DNA of 64,000 nucleotides from Mantamonas sphyraenae STR306 (GCA_026936335.1 JAPMXV010000016.1:62001-126000), one strand, 5' to 3'; counted from the first letter of the stretch, positions 45,284-59,800 are shown. Numbers and translations are program-made. The notes: a model not told the origin generated them from the sequence alone.

Positions 45284-47273
45284 CATGGATGTGGAGTCGA
45301 TTGTGCCAGCACACCTGGCGGCACAGCTGGATGAGGAAGGAAGACTGGAGGTGCAAAAGGCGCAGATGCTGATTGAACAAAAGGAGCGCATGGACTCTGC
45401 GTTGCAACAGGCGACCAAGGAAGCGGCTGGAGAGGGCCTGGAGCGTGTGTTTGCGCTGATGGAAGAAAAGATGACGCCTGTGCAGCGGTACGGCCTGCGT
45501 GTGCTGGAGGAAATCGAGCCTGTGGTGGCTCAGGAGCAGATCGAAGCCATCCACCAGAAGATCGAGAGTGCACAGGAGCAGTGGGAGCGCGAGCAGAAGG
45601 AGTTGATGGAAAAGGAGGAGCGCGAGCGCATGTCCATGGACCTGGACAGCCGAGACAGCGATAGCGGAGAAGAGAGCGACGAGGAGGAGGACGAGGAGGA
45701 CGGTGATGATGACGATGATGAGGATGATGATGATGAGGAGGACGGCTCTGGATCAGAGTCGGATGCAGAGTCTGTGCCCCTCACATACGCACGCAACGAG
45801 ATGGAAGCAAAGAACGAAGTCAAGGTGCAGGACATGGTGTTGAAGCAGTACAACGTGCAGATCCCGAGGCAGTATGTGTTTGCGCCTCCGGAACCAGAGT
45901 ACCACGATCTGTACTCTCCGACAGTGGACGATTACCTGTTCCAATTGAGCCGCGTGAACAGCGGGATCGAATACTGCGTGGCGTTGGGAAAGCCGCTGAC
46001 GATGAAGCAGCAAACGCAGATGGAAAAGGTGGCGGAGGAGAGGCAGAGCAGGAAGCGTCGGTATGGAGACGTGGACGTGGCGTATCGCATGGCCACACGA
46101 GATGTGCACAAGGTTACGTTTATGCGCAGCCAGACGGCACGGTACAGCGAAGAGAAACGGCTTGCATTTGAGCGCATGAAGAGGCGTGCGGTGGGCGAAG
46201 AGTGGGGCCAGGTGGAGGAGGCGACGGTGCTGGAGGTGTTGGAGTCTGTGCCTGGTCTGGAAGTGATGAAGGTGGACCCTGAGTGGATTGCCACGGCGGT
46301 GAACACAGTGAGCTACATGCATCCGGGCAGGCAACACAAAGTGACGGCCACCATGGCAGCGCGACGGCTGACGGAACACCAACTGCGCAACCTGCCACTG
46401 CAGCTGACCAGCAAGAAACAGGCCAAGAAACAGCGCGAGCGCAGGGAGCAGCACGGCTTCCCAAGGCGTGTGTTGGACACAGTGCGCACCCTTCGCGAGA
46501 AGCACGCCGTGTCCGACATGTTTGGAGTGGAGAATGCCGAGGCGCGCAAGGGCGTGCACAAGTCCCACCTGAGCGTGGAACGCCTTGCCAATGATGTGAT
46601 CAGCGAACAGAACGGACGAGACCTGGCACGTCACTTTCGCCAGCAAATGCACGAGGAGCAGCTGGCAACGGGCAGGAGACACCCCACAGAGGATGAGTGT
46701 GCCACCCAAAGGCAGTTGCAACGGATGGACGAGGCCGAAGAACGCATGCGCAAGCGTGTGAAACACGCCGTCGACCGCAAGATCCGTCGTGTCCAGGAAA
46801 CGCCGGGCGACAATTCCTCGGAGATCATCGAACTGCGCCACATGCGACGGGAACAGATGCGCATGTGGCCCACACGTGAAGCCACCAAACTACTGCATGC
46901 AAAGGACGAGCAGGAGCGCCGTGGTATGAACACCTCACGAGAGTCGCGTGCGATTTTCACCTCGTCAGCGGTGCTGCACACGTCGGCCTCGGCGTCTGAG
47001 TTGGCCAGTCTTCATGACCGCATGTCCACCGAACCCAGGCGCTCCAGTGACAGCAGCAGCAGCAGCAGCAAAAGCAGCAAAAGCAAGAGCAGCAAGAGCA
47101 GCAGCAAGCGAAGCCGCAGTGGAGGCAGCAATTCCTCTCACAGTCGCTCGGGACGCAGCCGTGACCGAGAACGCGATCGTGGACGACCTCGTTCGCGCAG
47201 TCGAGGACGCAGCAGAAGCAGAAGCAGCAGCCACAAGAAGAGGAACAGCGATGGAGATTCCAAAAGCAATTGA
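40149..47273 (+). CDS. SWR1: SWR1/SRCAP/p400-family chromatin remodelling ATPase
   Basis: HSA region, LREYQHIGLDWL, GILADEMGLGKTIQTI, ILDEAQ, FPDKRLLQYDCGKLQ and QAQDRCHRIGQTR, with a SANT-like segment and RS tail. Confidence 0.97.
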
Positions 47274-47309
47274 ACGCATTGTGCTGTGCTTCTTCCACCA
47301 CACCATCCC

Positions 47310-50217
47310 TCACCACGCTTTGCGTCCTCCCCCGCGTCCCCCACGTCCTCCACTCCTTCCACCTCGTCCGCCGCCCCTTCCTCCTCGTCCACCACCTCGC
47401 CCTCCACCACCTCCTCTTCCACCACCACCTCCCCGTCCTCCTCCTCGCCCTCCTCCTCGTCCGCCTCCGCCTCCACGTCCTCCACCGCGTTTCTTTTTCA
47501 GTCCAACCTGCTTCTGCTTCTGAAAGTTGCGCTTCTTCTCCTCCTTGACCATCTGCTCCGCAGTCTTGAGTTCGCGCTCCTTGCGTCCACCTGTCAGTCT
47601 CACACTCTCGTCCATGTTCTGACCGGCCTGATCCATGCCCTTTGTGTGTCGGTAGCGACGCATGCGGCTGTCCACGCGTCCGGCCCCGGCCGCCTTTGGA
47701 TCTTCCCGAGCGCCCACCTCCACCTGGATGCGACCCTTGGTCCGTTTCTGCCATTCTGCATAAATGCTCTTGTCCTGCAGCTTCCCACCTCGCTTCTTGC
47801 TGCGAGACACCAGCTGTCCTGCTTCGTTGCGGATCATGTGTTTGCCCACATCACCCGGGTTCACCATCACATACCGCTTCTTCTTGCGGTCCCACTTTTT
47901 GATTTGCCGCTTCGCCATCATGCTCTGCGCATCGTCGGGAATCAGATCCATTACGGCGTTCTGCAAATCCGTGTGCAAGGAACGGTCGCGTGTCGTCACG
48001 GCATACCCGCTGTCTTCCACCTGGTTCTGATGCGACGGGGCACTGGCAATAAAGTATGTGTCATCCTTCAGGGTGCTTTTGCCCACCTTGCGTTTGCCGC
48101 TGCTGCTGCTGCTCCCACCATTGCCACTGCCTTTTCCGGTGCGCGCCCTCTTTTCCCCACGGCTGGCAAACATGCTCTCCAGCTCGTCCGCATCCAGCGT
48201 TTCCAGCTTGCGCTTCTCCACTGCGCGCTCCTGCACTTCGTACACCTCATCCACCTGCTTCTCCAGCTCCGCCTGCGCCTTGCGTTGTTCCACCAAGCGC
48301 ACGTGGTACTCACGGTTCTCGCGCACCGTATTGTTCACCGCCTTGCCCGTCTTGGCGTTCGTCAACTCCATCACAGAGCCCTTGGGACGGAACGCACGGA
48401 TGCGCGACAGGTACGCATCTCGGTCCACCTCCTCCTCGCTGATATCCTTCTGGAACATGGGATGGATCACATCTGCTTCCAGCTTCTTTGCCCGTCGCAC
48501 AGACGATCCCGACGCCGGCTGCCGCGACTTGTGGTACATCTTGTATGCCTTCATGGCCGTCTTGTGCTGCGTCTTGAGCTCTTCGTGCCTGGACAGCAGC
48601 AGTGTAAACAGTTCCCGGTCCCCGTCCAGCACACGCTGCGGCACGCCTCCGTACACGGCCTCGCCCGGCTGCATCGCCGCCTTGTTCGACCTTGCCTCTG
48701 CGCTGCCTTCCTTCAGACCCTCCTTCAACTTGCGGCCCAAAAACAAGTGCAGATCCACCATGTAGGGCAGCTCGTCCTTGCTCACCAGCGAGTAGGCTGT
48801 GCCGGATCGCCCTGCGCGCGCTGCGCGGCCCGCACGATGAATGTACTGCTTGGGTCGCGAGGGAAAGTCGTAGTTGATGACGTTGTCCAGCAGCGGGATG
48901 TCCAAACCGCGTGCTGCCACGTCAGTCACAATCATCACGTGTGTCTTGCCTGTGCGGAAGGCGCCGACGTTGCTCATGCGTGCGCTCTGATCCATCGTGC
49001 CGTACACGACACTGCTCTGGATGTCCGCCTGGTGCTTGAGCAGCAGGTGCAGAAAGTCCACATGATGTTTGGTTGCCGTAAACACAATTGTCGGCGACGT
49101 GTGTGCAATCACGTCGCGCAGCAGATGCACCAGCACCAGCGGCTTGTTTTCCAGTGTGCACGTCAGAAACTGGATGTCCAGCTTCTCGCTCAGCTTCGTC
49201 TCTGCGTCCAAACGCACCAACGCAGGTTCGTTCAGACCGGCCTTGGCAAAGTCCGCCAGCATGCGTGGCATGGTGGCCGAAAACAACAGCGACTGCCGGT
49301 TCTCGCTCAAACTCGCCAAAATCTCTGGCAACTGCTCGGCAAATCCCATTTCAAACATCAAATCGGCCTCGTCAAACACACAATACTCCACTGTCTTCAA
49401 GGGCAGTCCCACCTCCTCCATATGGTGCAGCAAACGGCCCGGGGTGGCAATGATCACGTCCGGGTTGTCCGCAAGGTCGCTAAACTGAAAGTCCATGCGC
49501 TCGCCACCCACCAGCAGACAGAAACGCAGATCAGTGAAGCGTCCCAATTCCTTGGCAAACTTGAGAGTCTGCTGGGCCAGTTCACGCGTCGGCGCAAGAA
49601 CCAGTGCACGGGCCCCCACCGTGGTCGAGTGGGCCTTGAGACGTTCCAACATGGGCACCAGGAATGCAGCTGTTTTGCCCGAGCCCGTGCGTGCCATGGC
49701 CACCACGTCACCGCCCGTCATCACCAGCGGGATCGTTTTCCGCTGGATTGGCGTCGGCATGCGGTACCCCTTGCGACGGATTGCCTTTAGAATGGGCGGA
49801 CTCAGCTCTGTGCGTGCCCCATGCTGTGTCAGTGACCCGTCTGTGTATCCCCGATAGGTCCACACACACTGTGTTCCATTGGCCATCGTCCTTACCCATG
49901 GCTTCGAAACCGCCGGTTCCCTTTTTGCCCTGAGCCTTGCGCACCTCGGCTCGTGCTTCCTTGGCCAGTTCCTCTTCGCTGGTGAACGCCACCGACGGGA
50001 AGCCACCCGAAGCATCCTCTTCCTCGCCATTTGCCACGCCTGCAAACCCGCCAAAGCCCATGTCGAGCCCGTCGTCCTCCAGGTCCGACAAGTCGCTGGC
50101 CACGGAATCCGTCTCGTCGCGCATTTGCGCTCCACCACCAAAGCCGCCTCCGCCCTCTTCGTCCGAAAAGTCGTCCTCGTCGGAGCTCGACAGTTCGTTT
50201 TCAAACAGAGTGCTCAT
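47310..50217 (-). CDS. DDX54: DEAD-box RNA helicase DDX54/Dbp10; one intron at about 49809-49894
   Basis: GGFEAM, PTPIQRKTIP, ARTGSGKT, DEAD, SAT, HRAGRAARAG, KWDRKKKRY and an RGG tail. Confidence 0.95.
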
Positions 50218-50298
50218 TTCCGGATCTGTGTCGAGGCTGTGGCAATGGGATGGTCCGGCGAGCGACACCCACGCCAACTGAACAACTCCCTTTCGGCC

Positions 50299-50811
50299 AT
50301 GTCAACCTCTACACAACCCACAAAGGTGCTCTTTGTGTGCCTGGGCAACATTTGCCGCTCTCCCATGGCCGAGATGATCATGACGGCCAAGGTGCGCGCT
50401 GCGGGGCTGGAAGACGAGGTGGAAATCGACTCTGCCGGAACTGCCGGCTACCACGACGGGGAAACCGCAGATGAACGCTCCATTGCCACCTGCAAGGCCA
50501 AATTGGGCGACCAGTTTCCAAAGGACCTGCCTTTGATCTCCCGAAAGCTGCGCACAAGCGATTTCACAGACTTTGACTACGTCCTGGGCATGGACGACTC
50601 CAACATGGCCAACATCAAGCGTGTGACACCCAAGAACGCCACTGCACACATTGCCAAGCTGGTTTCCTTCTACGGAGATGGCGAGGATGCACCCGAGGAG
50701 ATTGACGACCCGTGGTACGGCGGCCAATCCGGCTTCAACGAAAACTACCGCGTCGTCGACATCTGCTGCACCAACCTCCTCGACGAAATCCAGCAAAATC
50801 GTTCTTCATGA
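50299..50811 (+). CDS. ACP1: Low-molecular-weight protein tyrosine phosphatase
   Basis: VLFVCLGNICRSPMAE, IDSAGT and DDPWYG. Confidence 0.96.
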   Translation: MSTSTQPTKVLFVCLGNICRSPMAEMIMTAKVRAAGLEDEVEIDSAGTAGYHDGETADERSIATCKAKLGDQFPKDLPLISRKLRTSDFTDFDYVLGMDDSNMANIKRVTPKNATAHIAKLVSFYGDGEDAPEEIDDPWYGGQSGFNENYRVVDICCTNLLDEIQQNRSS

Positions 50812-50847
50812 GATGAAACGCACAGTCCCCAGTCCCTTTTTCGCTCC

Positions 50848-53800
50848 TCACTTTGTCACTGTGCCTGGAAGGGCAACCGGTTCCTCCTCTTCGTCGTCCT
50901 TCTCGTCTGCCTCCTTGCGCGCAGGACTCTTGCTTCCCTTGCTGGGGATTTCAATCATTTCCACCACGTCCACGCCTGCTTCCGTGTCGCTTACATCTGC
51001 GGTGTCGTGTTGCGAAACGACCACGACGGCCATCTCCTCCTTGCCAGCAGCCAGCAGCGCCTGCGGCTGCTTGGTGCGCTTCTTCTTGCGCCTGCGTCGC
51101 TCTTCCTTCTTCTCCTCCACAGCCGTCTCGGCCACGTCGACGTTGTGCGCCTTTTCCATGTTGCGAATGATCTGCATCTGCTGCTGCGCAGACGTGAGCG
51201 GGTTCTTTGCCTCGCGGCTAAACATGCGAAGGCGCGTGTGCTTGAATGACAGCAGCGACAACAGGTCCAGGAACCCTTGTTTGGCTTGTTCGTTGCTGTC
51301 GATCCACTTGAGTGACAACGCACGGACACGCTCACTGGCCAGCGACTCCATCGGATCCGTCGAGTACGGCTTGCGGCCTCCCAACTGAACTTCAAACTCA
51401 CGCAGCCGCTGGAAGTATTGCACGATGAAGCGCAGGTCTTCTTCGACCAGGGTGCGTCGCATGTGGTACATGAGTGCGTCAAAGCCATCGGCACTCAGGT
51501 ACGACTTTGCGTACACTCGGATGGCCTCCTTGACGTCGTCCAGACTTGCATCCTCTTCAAAATGCGTGTCCAGGTACGCCATTGTTTTTGCACTCGAGCC
51601 ACGGATGGCCTGCTGGATGTGTGTGAGGGACTGGTGCAGATCACGTGCCACAAACACAAGGGCCAGAAGCAACATCACCACGATCAGCCCCACAGTTACC
51701 ACAGCCATCATGTCCCGCGCCTGTTGGTTCGGGTACGCACTGCTCATGAACGAAATACCACTGAGCAGCAGCAGCAGGTTGAAGCTCAGGAACATGCTCT
51801 CCTGCAAATTCTGCAATCGCGTGGCAAACGGTTTGAACGTCAACTGGAACATCACGCTGATGATGAAGATGTACATGGAGCCCAGACCCTGCAGGAGAGG
51901 CGCCTGTGTGGCAAACAGCTTCACGAAAATGATGCTGATCTTGCGCAGCATGACAATGGGCTCGAACCAAAACAGGTCGGGGCGGTACTTGTCGTACACG
52001 GCACCAAACGTCATCTTGGTTTCCTCCTCGTGCAGGTGCTTGCGGTTGCGCCAGATAATCATCACATATGCCAGCGGGATGCCAATGACATACAGCAGGG
52101 TTGCCGCGGTGCCCCAGTACACCAGGTTCCAGTGGCGGTCGGTCCAGCAGTCGATTTCGCCAAACGCATCCAGGCTGTACAGGTTGGGGCCCAGTTTGGT
52201 GCAGTCAAACACTTCCAGGGCCTTGCTGGCCAGAACGATGTACATGAGCGAACACACACCCAGGAACGAGTTGAGGGTGACGCGGATGGTTTGCGACGTC
52301 ACGGGCCGTGCAGGCAGTAGGAAGACCATCACGCGGTCATAGATGGTGTCAGGCTGGGGCAAATCGTCCATGACATGGCGCGAGAATCGTCGGCCACGGC
52401 ACTCCTCCCAGTATGTGCGCAGCAGCGAGGCGCCGTGTTGCAGAAGCAGCAGGATGCCCAAGCCCCACAGCACAGCCAGAGGCAAGGCCATGGTCAGATA
52501 AAACTTGCTTTCGTAGCTCCAATCGGCCACGGTGCACTCGGGTGCGGTCACATCCAGGTTGAGATTGACCACAGAGAGCAGGGACAGGAACTGCAGCAGG
52601 AGATCGGGCCAAGGCAGACGGAAGTCGGCGTACATGGCCGCAATCTGCAGATGAGTCAGACTGATGGCCAACGAGCCACCCTTGGCTGTGCCAAACTTGC
52701 GCAAACCCATGAGGAAGAGGGCAAACACAACGCCGGCCACAATGACCATGGTCGAGGCTCCTTCGGGGCACTTCTCGCACAGCTTCTCCAGGCGGTAGTA
52801 GCCACGCGCACAGGCCGAGCACATGCGACCCGTGTAACCTGCAGCACAGCCGCTGATGGCGCCGACGGCAGAGCCACCAGGGCAGGACGCAGGGACGTCG
52901 CAGGCGAAAAAGACAAAAGACCCCGTGGCCGCAGACGACCAGTAGCCAGACTGGGCAATGGGTGCGTTCTCCTGGCCCGCGCACGAGGCTCCCACGGGAC
53001 AGGCAAGACACGGCGTACCGGGCTGGCCTGTCTGCGTGTAAAAGTTGGGTGCGCATCGGCAATCCTTGAGGGCCTTGGAATTGGCCAGGGAAATGGCGTT
53101 GGCCGGGCACTGCAGCGCCTCTGTGGCACCGGTGGGGCAGTATGTGTTTTCTGCGCAATCGTTGCACTCGCTCAGGCCTCCCTGCAGGGCGCGGAAGGTG
53201 CCTGCCGCGCAGGGTTGGCAAGGGACGGTGAACGCGGTGGAAAACGTGCCTGGCGCACAGCCCTCGTAGGTGAGGTCATTCACACCTGGCATGGCGTGGT
53301 AGGCCTGGCCGTTGAGAGTCAGTTCAAACTCCACGTTGCCTTCCAGATGTGCGGGGGCCACGCAGGACACGGTGGTGCTGTTGTGGAACTCGGCAGCCAC
53401 CTCGTTGGTGTCGAAGCGGCATCGCATGGTGTTGGTCATGTTGAGGAAGTACTGGCCACGCACAAAGACGCGGAAGTTGCCTGCAGCCCTGCCTGCGGCA
53501 GGCAGCAAGTCCTCCACAATGGGCTCACGGTACAAAAGCACAGACTTGGGCACGCCCGAAACGCCCACACCCAACGCGCTTGTCACATCCACACGCACCG
53601 GCGCGGGCAGCTGGGTCTCCACACCGGTCACTGTGAACGACGGGAACGCACATGACACCGTGGTGGCGGTTTCCTGGGCCAACGCGGTCGTCAGCACCTG
53701 CCCTGTGAGGGGCAGCGTAAACTGACACACATCGCCAGAATGCAGAGGCAGCAGCTGGGATCCCGAAAGCACCAGGCGTGTGTTGGTGTTCCCCTGCACG

Positions 53801-56800
53801 GCGGGGCCCATGGGCGGGACAATAGAGGAAATGCGGCGCTCGGTGACGTAGCTGATGATGGTGTTGGGCAAGGTGGCCTCGCCGGCTGCACTGCCACCAA
53901 GCTGTACATAGGGATCAAAGGCATACGTGACTGCGTTGACGGTGGGTGCCACAAAGCTGGCCGAGGTGGAAGAGTGGATGGTCAGAGGAGCCTCGACAGT
54001 GAGCACAGGCGTTTGGCCTGCACGCGCACGCAGCACCACACGCGACACACCCGTGTCCACAAACCCGGTACCCGTGATGTGCATGGGGGTGCCACCCTGC
54101 ACAATGGCACTCGTGGTATTGAACGAGGCCAGCTGGGGTGGATCAAAGACAATCGCGCTGGCGCCCGTGCTCTCCACAAACTGTTCGCCGTTGGCAGCCA
54201 CGCCCACTCGCACGCGGAACGGCCGTGCGCTGGTCATACTGGGGTTCCACGACGTCAGCGTGATGCGGTTGCTCTGCACGTCGTTGTTGTTCACGTTGAC
54301 CACTTGCACGTCGTTCGGGTTGCCCTCCACGGTGAAGCGCACACGATACGTTGCATCCTGGTTCTGCACAAACGAGCCCTCAATGACCACGGTCTGACCC
54401 GAGTACGCCACAGCCTGAGGCGACATGCCCGTCACTGCAATTTGCGGATAGATGCCAAACGCAGCCAAGCCAGCCACGTACTGGATGCCATTCAACGACA
54501 ACTGCAATGACATCTGCTGCACACCTTGCGTCACCGAAACGTTGAACGCACTCGTGGCGTTCAGCAAAGCCGTGGTTGGCGATTGCACCGTCATGGGCAG
54601 CAGCATGGGCACGACGTTGTTCAACGAGCCCACACCCAATTGTCCAGGGTAAACAGCCACCGCCGCGTTTGCAAACTGGCGCAGGTTTGTGCCTGTGATG
54701 GTTAGCACCGTGCCACCGCTGACGGGTCCCAGACGTGGCGACACCGCCGTCAGCGAAGGACGCGCGTACACAGTGAACGGCACACGAGACTGCGAGTACT
54801 GCTGGCCATTCAGGGTCAACGTCAGGTTGCCCTCGCCCACAAAGTCGGGCATGGGCAGCGTGCATATGGTGGTGCTTGAAGACACAAACTGGCACGGGGC
54901 AGACTCTATCTGCTGCTGGTTGGCGTCCTCTAAGCGCATCATGATCTCTTGTGAGTTGAACAGATCCACACCCGTCACCCGCACGTCGACGTTCGACGCT
55001 GGTGCCTGTGCCCCGGGGCCCTGCTTTTCCATAACTGCGTTCGGAAACGCCGCAACCACCACGGGTGGAACATACACCGTCAGCGGCAGTGAGCTTTCCA
55101 TGTCATACTGCTGTCCATTGAGAGCCAGCGAGAGCGGAAGGGACACCTGTTTGTTGCCACCGAGCACAGCCGGATTAATGGCAGGTGTCTGAAGCGTCAC
55201 TTGCGTGGCCGACACAAAGTTCACCTGTGCCCCTGACACCACGGCCAAGACGTTTGTCTTGGTGGGGTCCCACACGCGCACGGCAATCTGCTGCGTGTCC
55301 ACAAAGGGGGAGCCTTGTGCGACGAGAGTCACTTGGGTGTTGCCTGTGATTGGCGCATTCTTGGGCGCAATGTTAAACTTGTCGGACGAGGATGTCTCGT
55401 AGAAGCGGAAGGGCACCGTGCTGGTTGTGAACTGCGCATCCAGCCCGTTCAGAGACACACGCACGTCGACATCGTGCGGCAGCACGATGCCTTGATTCAC
55501 TGGCGGTGTGGTGCACACCACCATGCTTTGGCTCACAAACGTGGCGCTGACCTTGTTGTTCGACACAAAGATCTGCGAGCGAAACTCGGCCACAATCGAT
55601 GACACGTTGACAAAGTTCTGGCCGTACACAGTGACACGTGTGCCTCCACCCTTGGGTCCACTGCGCACGTCGGTGCTGATCACTGTGGGCGCCGTGTAGT
55701 ACAGGATTCGGGCCTGAGCCGAGCCCACAAACTGCACTCCGTTCGGTGCCACCTCCACCTGCATCATCTGCGGCAAACCCGCGTCGCTTCCGTGCACTGT
55801 GGGTGCTGTGAAGCGAATCTCCTTGTCGTTGACGCGTGTGGCTGTCGCCGTGCCGTTTGCACTGGCACTCGTCACACGGACGAGCATCTGGCTGCCCGTG
55901 TTGGGGAAGTTTTCGCCCAAAATCGTCACTGGCGTGCTGGCGTTGTACACGCCACTCTTGGGCGTCACCGACGTCACCGTGGGCGCCACGTAGTACGTGA
56001 TGCGCCGTCCGTTCGTGGTGAATGTCTGTCCGTCAAAGCTGACCTCCACAACACGCTGTTCTGCCGTAGTGCTCGTTGGCACCACGGCCTTGGCCGTCTT
56101 GTCGTCAATCACTTGCAGCGGCACAGTTGCGCCCGTCACTCCACCAAAGCGAGCCAGAGGCTGCACGCCCGTGTTGCCCGTCACAAAGTTGGTGCCTGCG
56201 ATGGTCAGTTCCAGACCACCCTCCAGCGGCGCAAATGTGGGTGTCAACACGTCGACCGACGGCGACGGGTAGTACGTTACTGCGAGCGACGAGTTGCCAT
56301 ACTCCTGGCCGTTGATGGACATGCGCACAGTCATTTGGGCCGGGAACGTAACCGCCGTGGCGGTGTCAAACGAGGGCGCACGACATTCCACAATGCGTCC
56401 GTACTCTCCGGGTTTGGGTGTGTGCGACACACAGTCCTGTCCGTTTGCGCTGGCCTTGTTGTCCGGCGCCTCGAAGCGCACCACGGGCGAGCTGGTCACA
56501 CTGGGCACGGTGTGGCTCATGTTGAAGCGCATCACGGTGCCACCCGTCTGCGGGGTCAGGTTGGGACTCACACTCAGCAGTTGCGGGTCTTCGTACGCGA
56601 TGTACTTGGGCGGATCCGATGTCGGGCCGTTGTACTGCTGACCATTGAGCGACAGGAACATGTCAAACTGACCCTGCGTGCCGCCGTTCTTCAGCGGCGC
56701 GGTATTGGGCGCCACAACCTGCACCACGTCCTGGTTCACATACGTCACAGGTTGCGTGTACACGTGCGAACCGTTGGTGAAGCGCACGGAAATGAACCCG

Positions 56801-59800
56801 GTGTTCTGAAACTCGGGGCTTCCTGGCTGCTTGGACACCACCACCGTGGTGCCACCCCGCGAAGGACCACTCGACGGAGCCAGTGTGTACTTGAACTGGT
56901 CGGCGGGTGGGTAAAAGCCAAACTGCACACTTGTGGGCGTGAGCTCCGTCGTTTCGCCGTTCTGGGCAAGGCGGCACTGCACGTTGTGAGGCAGCTGGAT
57001 GCCGTTGGTCATGGGTGGAGTGAGAAAGGTGATGTTGTTTGGACTGAGGACGTCGGCGGGCACGAGGGCCAGCGAGGCGACGTTGCTGCTGCACAGGACG
57101 CGCGAAAAGTTGGTGACGGTAAAGTTGGCGCCGTGGATGGTCACGCGTGTGTTGCCCAGCGAGGGCCCCACAGGAACGTCAATGCTGTACAGCGAAGGCG
57201 TGACGTATGTGAGCAACTGGAACGATGAGTTAAAGTCGTGAAACTGCTGGCCGTTGAACGACACGTCGATGCGCACATCGGCGCTCCTCGCGTTGCCGAT
57301 GTACAACTCGGGCTTGTTTTCGACGCGGAACTGGTTGTTCTGCTGAACAATGGGCACGGGTTGGCTGACAAAGCCCGTGGAGGGTACGGTGAAGCGTGCA
57401 AACATGCTGGGTGTGGCTGTGGCGAGGCCCACGAGGACAATGGTGCCGCCCTGCTTCTGATTGATCGACGACGGCTCGGTGTGCTGGAACGACGGCTCGA
57501 GGAACACGTCTATGGGTTGTCCGTTGGAGCCAGTCTGCCAGCCGTTTGTACTGACAAAGACTTGCACCGCCACAGATTGACCGTGGTTCAGAGGCAACTG
57601 CAGGGCAGGAAAGATGAACGACGCCGTCTTGTCGTCGACACGATGCACCGTGCCGTTGCTCTCGTACATGTACACGGTTTGGCCCAGGAAGCCCGGAGAG
57701 GGCGGGGCGTGCACTTTGATGGAGAAGCCGCCGCCGATCGAAGGCACGTAGAAAAGGTCGTTGCCCTTCACGGTGACGTTGGTGCCACCAGAGACAGGCA
57801 CATGCCTGGGGGACGCGGTGACAAACTGATCGAGCTGAGGGTCGGCCAGATTGAGCACACCCTGAGCAGAGGACACAAAATAGCCGCCGTTGGTGGTGAT
57901 CTTGAGCTGCACATTGTTTGCGTTGAGCGGGAACGGAGGTGTCTGGAACACCATGGATGTGTTTGTGATACTCGTTACAGCCAGCAACTGCGGCTGGTTG
58001 TCGATTTGCACACGTGTGTTGGCGGCGTCGTTGAGGAAGTGAGCACCGTGGATGGTCACCGTGCGCGAGACGCCCTTTTGAATGGCAGGCGGATCCAGAA
58101 AGGTGACGATGGGAGTGCTGACACGCGGAAACAGCACAACGTTGTCCGGCGCATAGTTGCGCGAATTGAGCATCACCTGAACGGTTTGAGTGCGTGCGCC
58201 GACAATGGGTGCAAATCCACAGTGCGCAGTTGTGGTGTCTACCACAGTCAAGGCATGCTGGACACCGTCCACGAGACAGCTGTGCGGTCCGTCGACCGCG
58301 TTGAAGTTGCTACCTCGGATGGTCAGCGAACCTCCCTGCGCAAAGGGCTGGTTGACAGGCGAGAAGCCTGCTGAGGAGACGCTGTAGCGGAACTGTCTGC
58401 GCTGCGGCGCCGGTGCGGTCCACTCAAGACCGTTGTTGAGGGACACACGCAGGGTGGCGTTGAGGACGTCGTGTACGGCGGGCACCTGCACGGAGTAGGA
58501 TCCCGGCATGCTGAGGATGGCCTGAGCCTGGAGCAGTACGGTGGTGCCATTGTTCAATGCGTACTCGACCAGGGTTGTGTTGGACACGAGATTGTCCGGG
58601 CCCAGGGTAACGACGGTCTCGTTGGCCGTGGTGATGGGCATGTTGCGCGGGGATACCTGTGTCAGCTGCTGGGGGTCGTGCAGCTTCAGTGTGGCCGATG
58701 AGGCGCTGAAAGACAGGCCGCCGTTGAGCGACACATCTACCTGTGCGGTGTGAAAGGTGTGGGGCGGATTGGGAAGGCCCAGACCGATATTCGGGGTGGT
58801 GATGCGCACTGCTCCTGCGCCAGCAACCCACACGCCAGGCACCACACCAAGGCCGTGCAAACGAACCTTGAGCAACCCCTGGGCGTGTGCTTGTTGCATG
58901 GCCGAGGCGTCGATGCCTGCGACTTGCACATCCAGTGAAACGCCGCCCTGTGAAGAGACAATCGTTGGGTTGAGGGCCACGACGTCGAGCGAGGTGACCA
59001 GGTACTCCAAACCAGTGGCCTCGTACTGTTGGCCATTGGGAGCAAAGGTGACGTTGACGAGGGTGCCCGTCCCTGCGGTGAGCTGGCCCACAGGCGACAG
59101 GCACGTGACGTTCAGCGGAGATTGCTGGGACACATAGTACGCAGGCACCACCTGGTTGCCAAACCGGCACGTGCTCGACCCGTTGAGGTTCACCAGCTCG
59201 TATGTGCCCAGGGTAAACGTGACGGGCGTGGGAACGTTGGTATCGCCCGTGGCGGCACCCACACTCGTGGCCACCACGGACGGGTAGTACACAAACTGTA
59301 GCTCGGGGAATGCCAACTTGACAAAGTCGATGCCGTTGTTCATGGAGAGCAGCATCTCCTGTTGGCCGATGATGGTCTGACCCTCAAACGCAGGTGTCTG
59401 CAGCTCCATGGTGGTGGCGCTGGTGATGTTCACCGACACATAGGAGTACTGTGAAGAGGTGTTGAAGCCCACGACGGCCTGGAAGCGCGGGTGGTCAAAG
59501 CCGGCGCCGACAAATTGGACCTTGGTGGCACCTGCAAATGGCCCAGACATGGGCGTACGCGAGGCAATGCTGATGTTGGAGATCACGAGATCGCCGGCAG
59601 AGTGCCAATGCACGTTGTTGAAACTGTACCAAATGTTCATCACGTGGGGAACCTGTTGCATGGGGATGCCGCCGCCGCAAAGCAGCGATTTGTCCGTGGA
59701 CTGCAGGGCGGCGAGGCCCACCAGGTAGGTGGGGTTTGTAAAGGTGGCGCCAATGCGGCAGCGTCCGACGTTGGGTGCGCGCGTGGGAACGGTATCGGCA

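Noticed and set aside
42090-49790. Long ORFs 42090..45134 (-) and 47286..49790 (+), and similar ones such as 14271..16385, 266..1603, 10299..11954 and 12553..13965
   Set aside because: They are antisense shadows of real genes in GC-rich, codon-biased DNA and contain no recognisable motifs.
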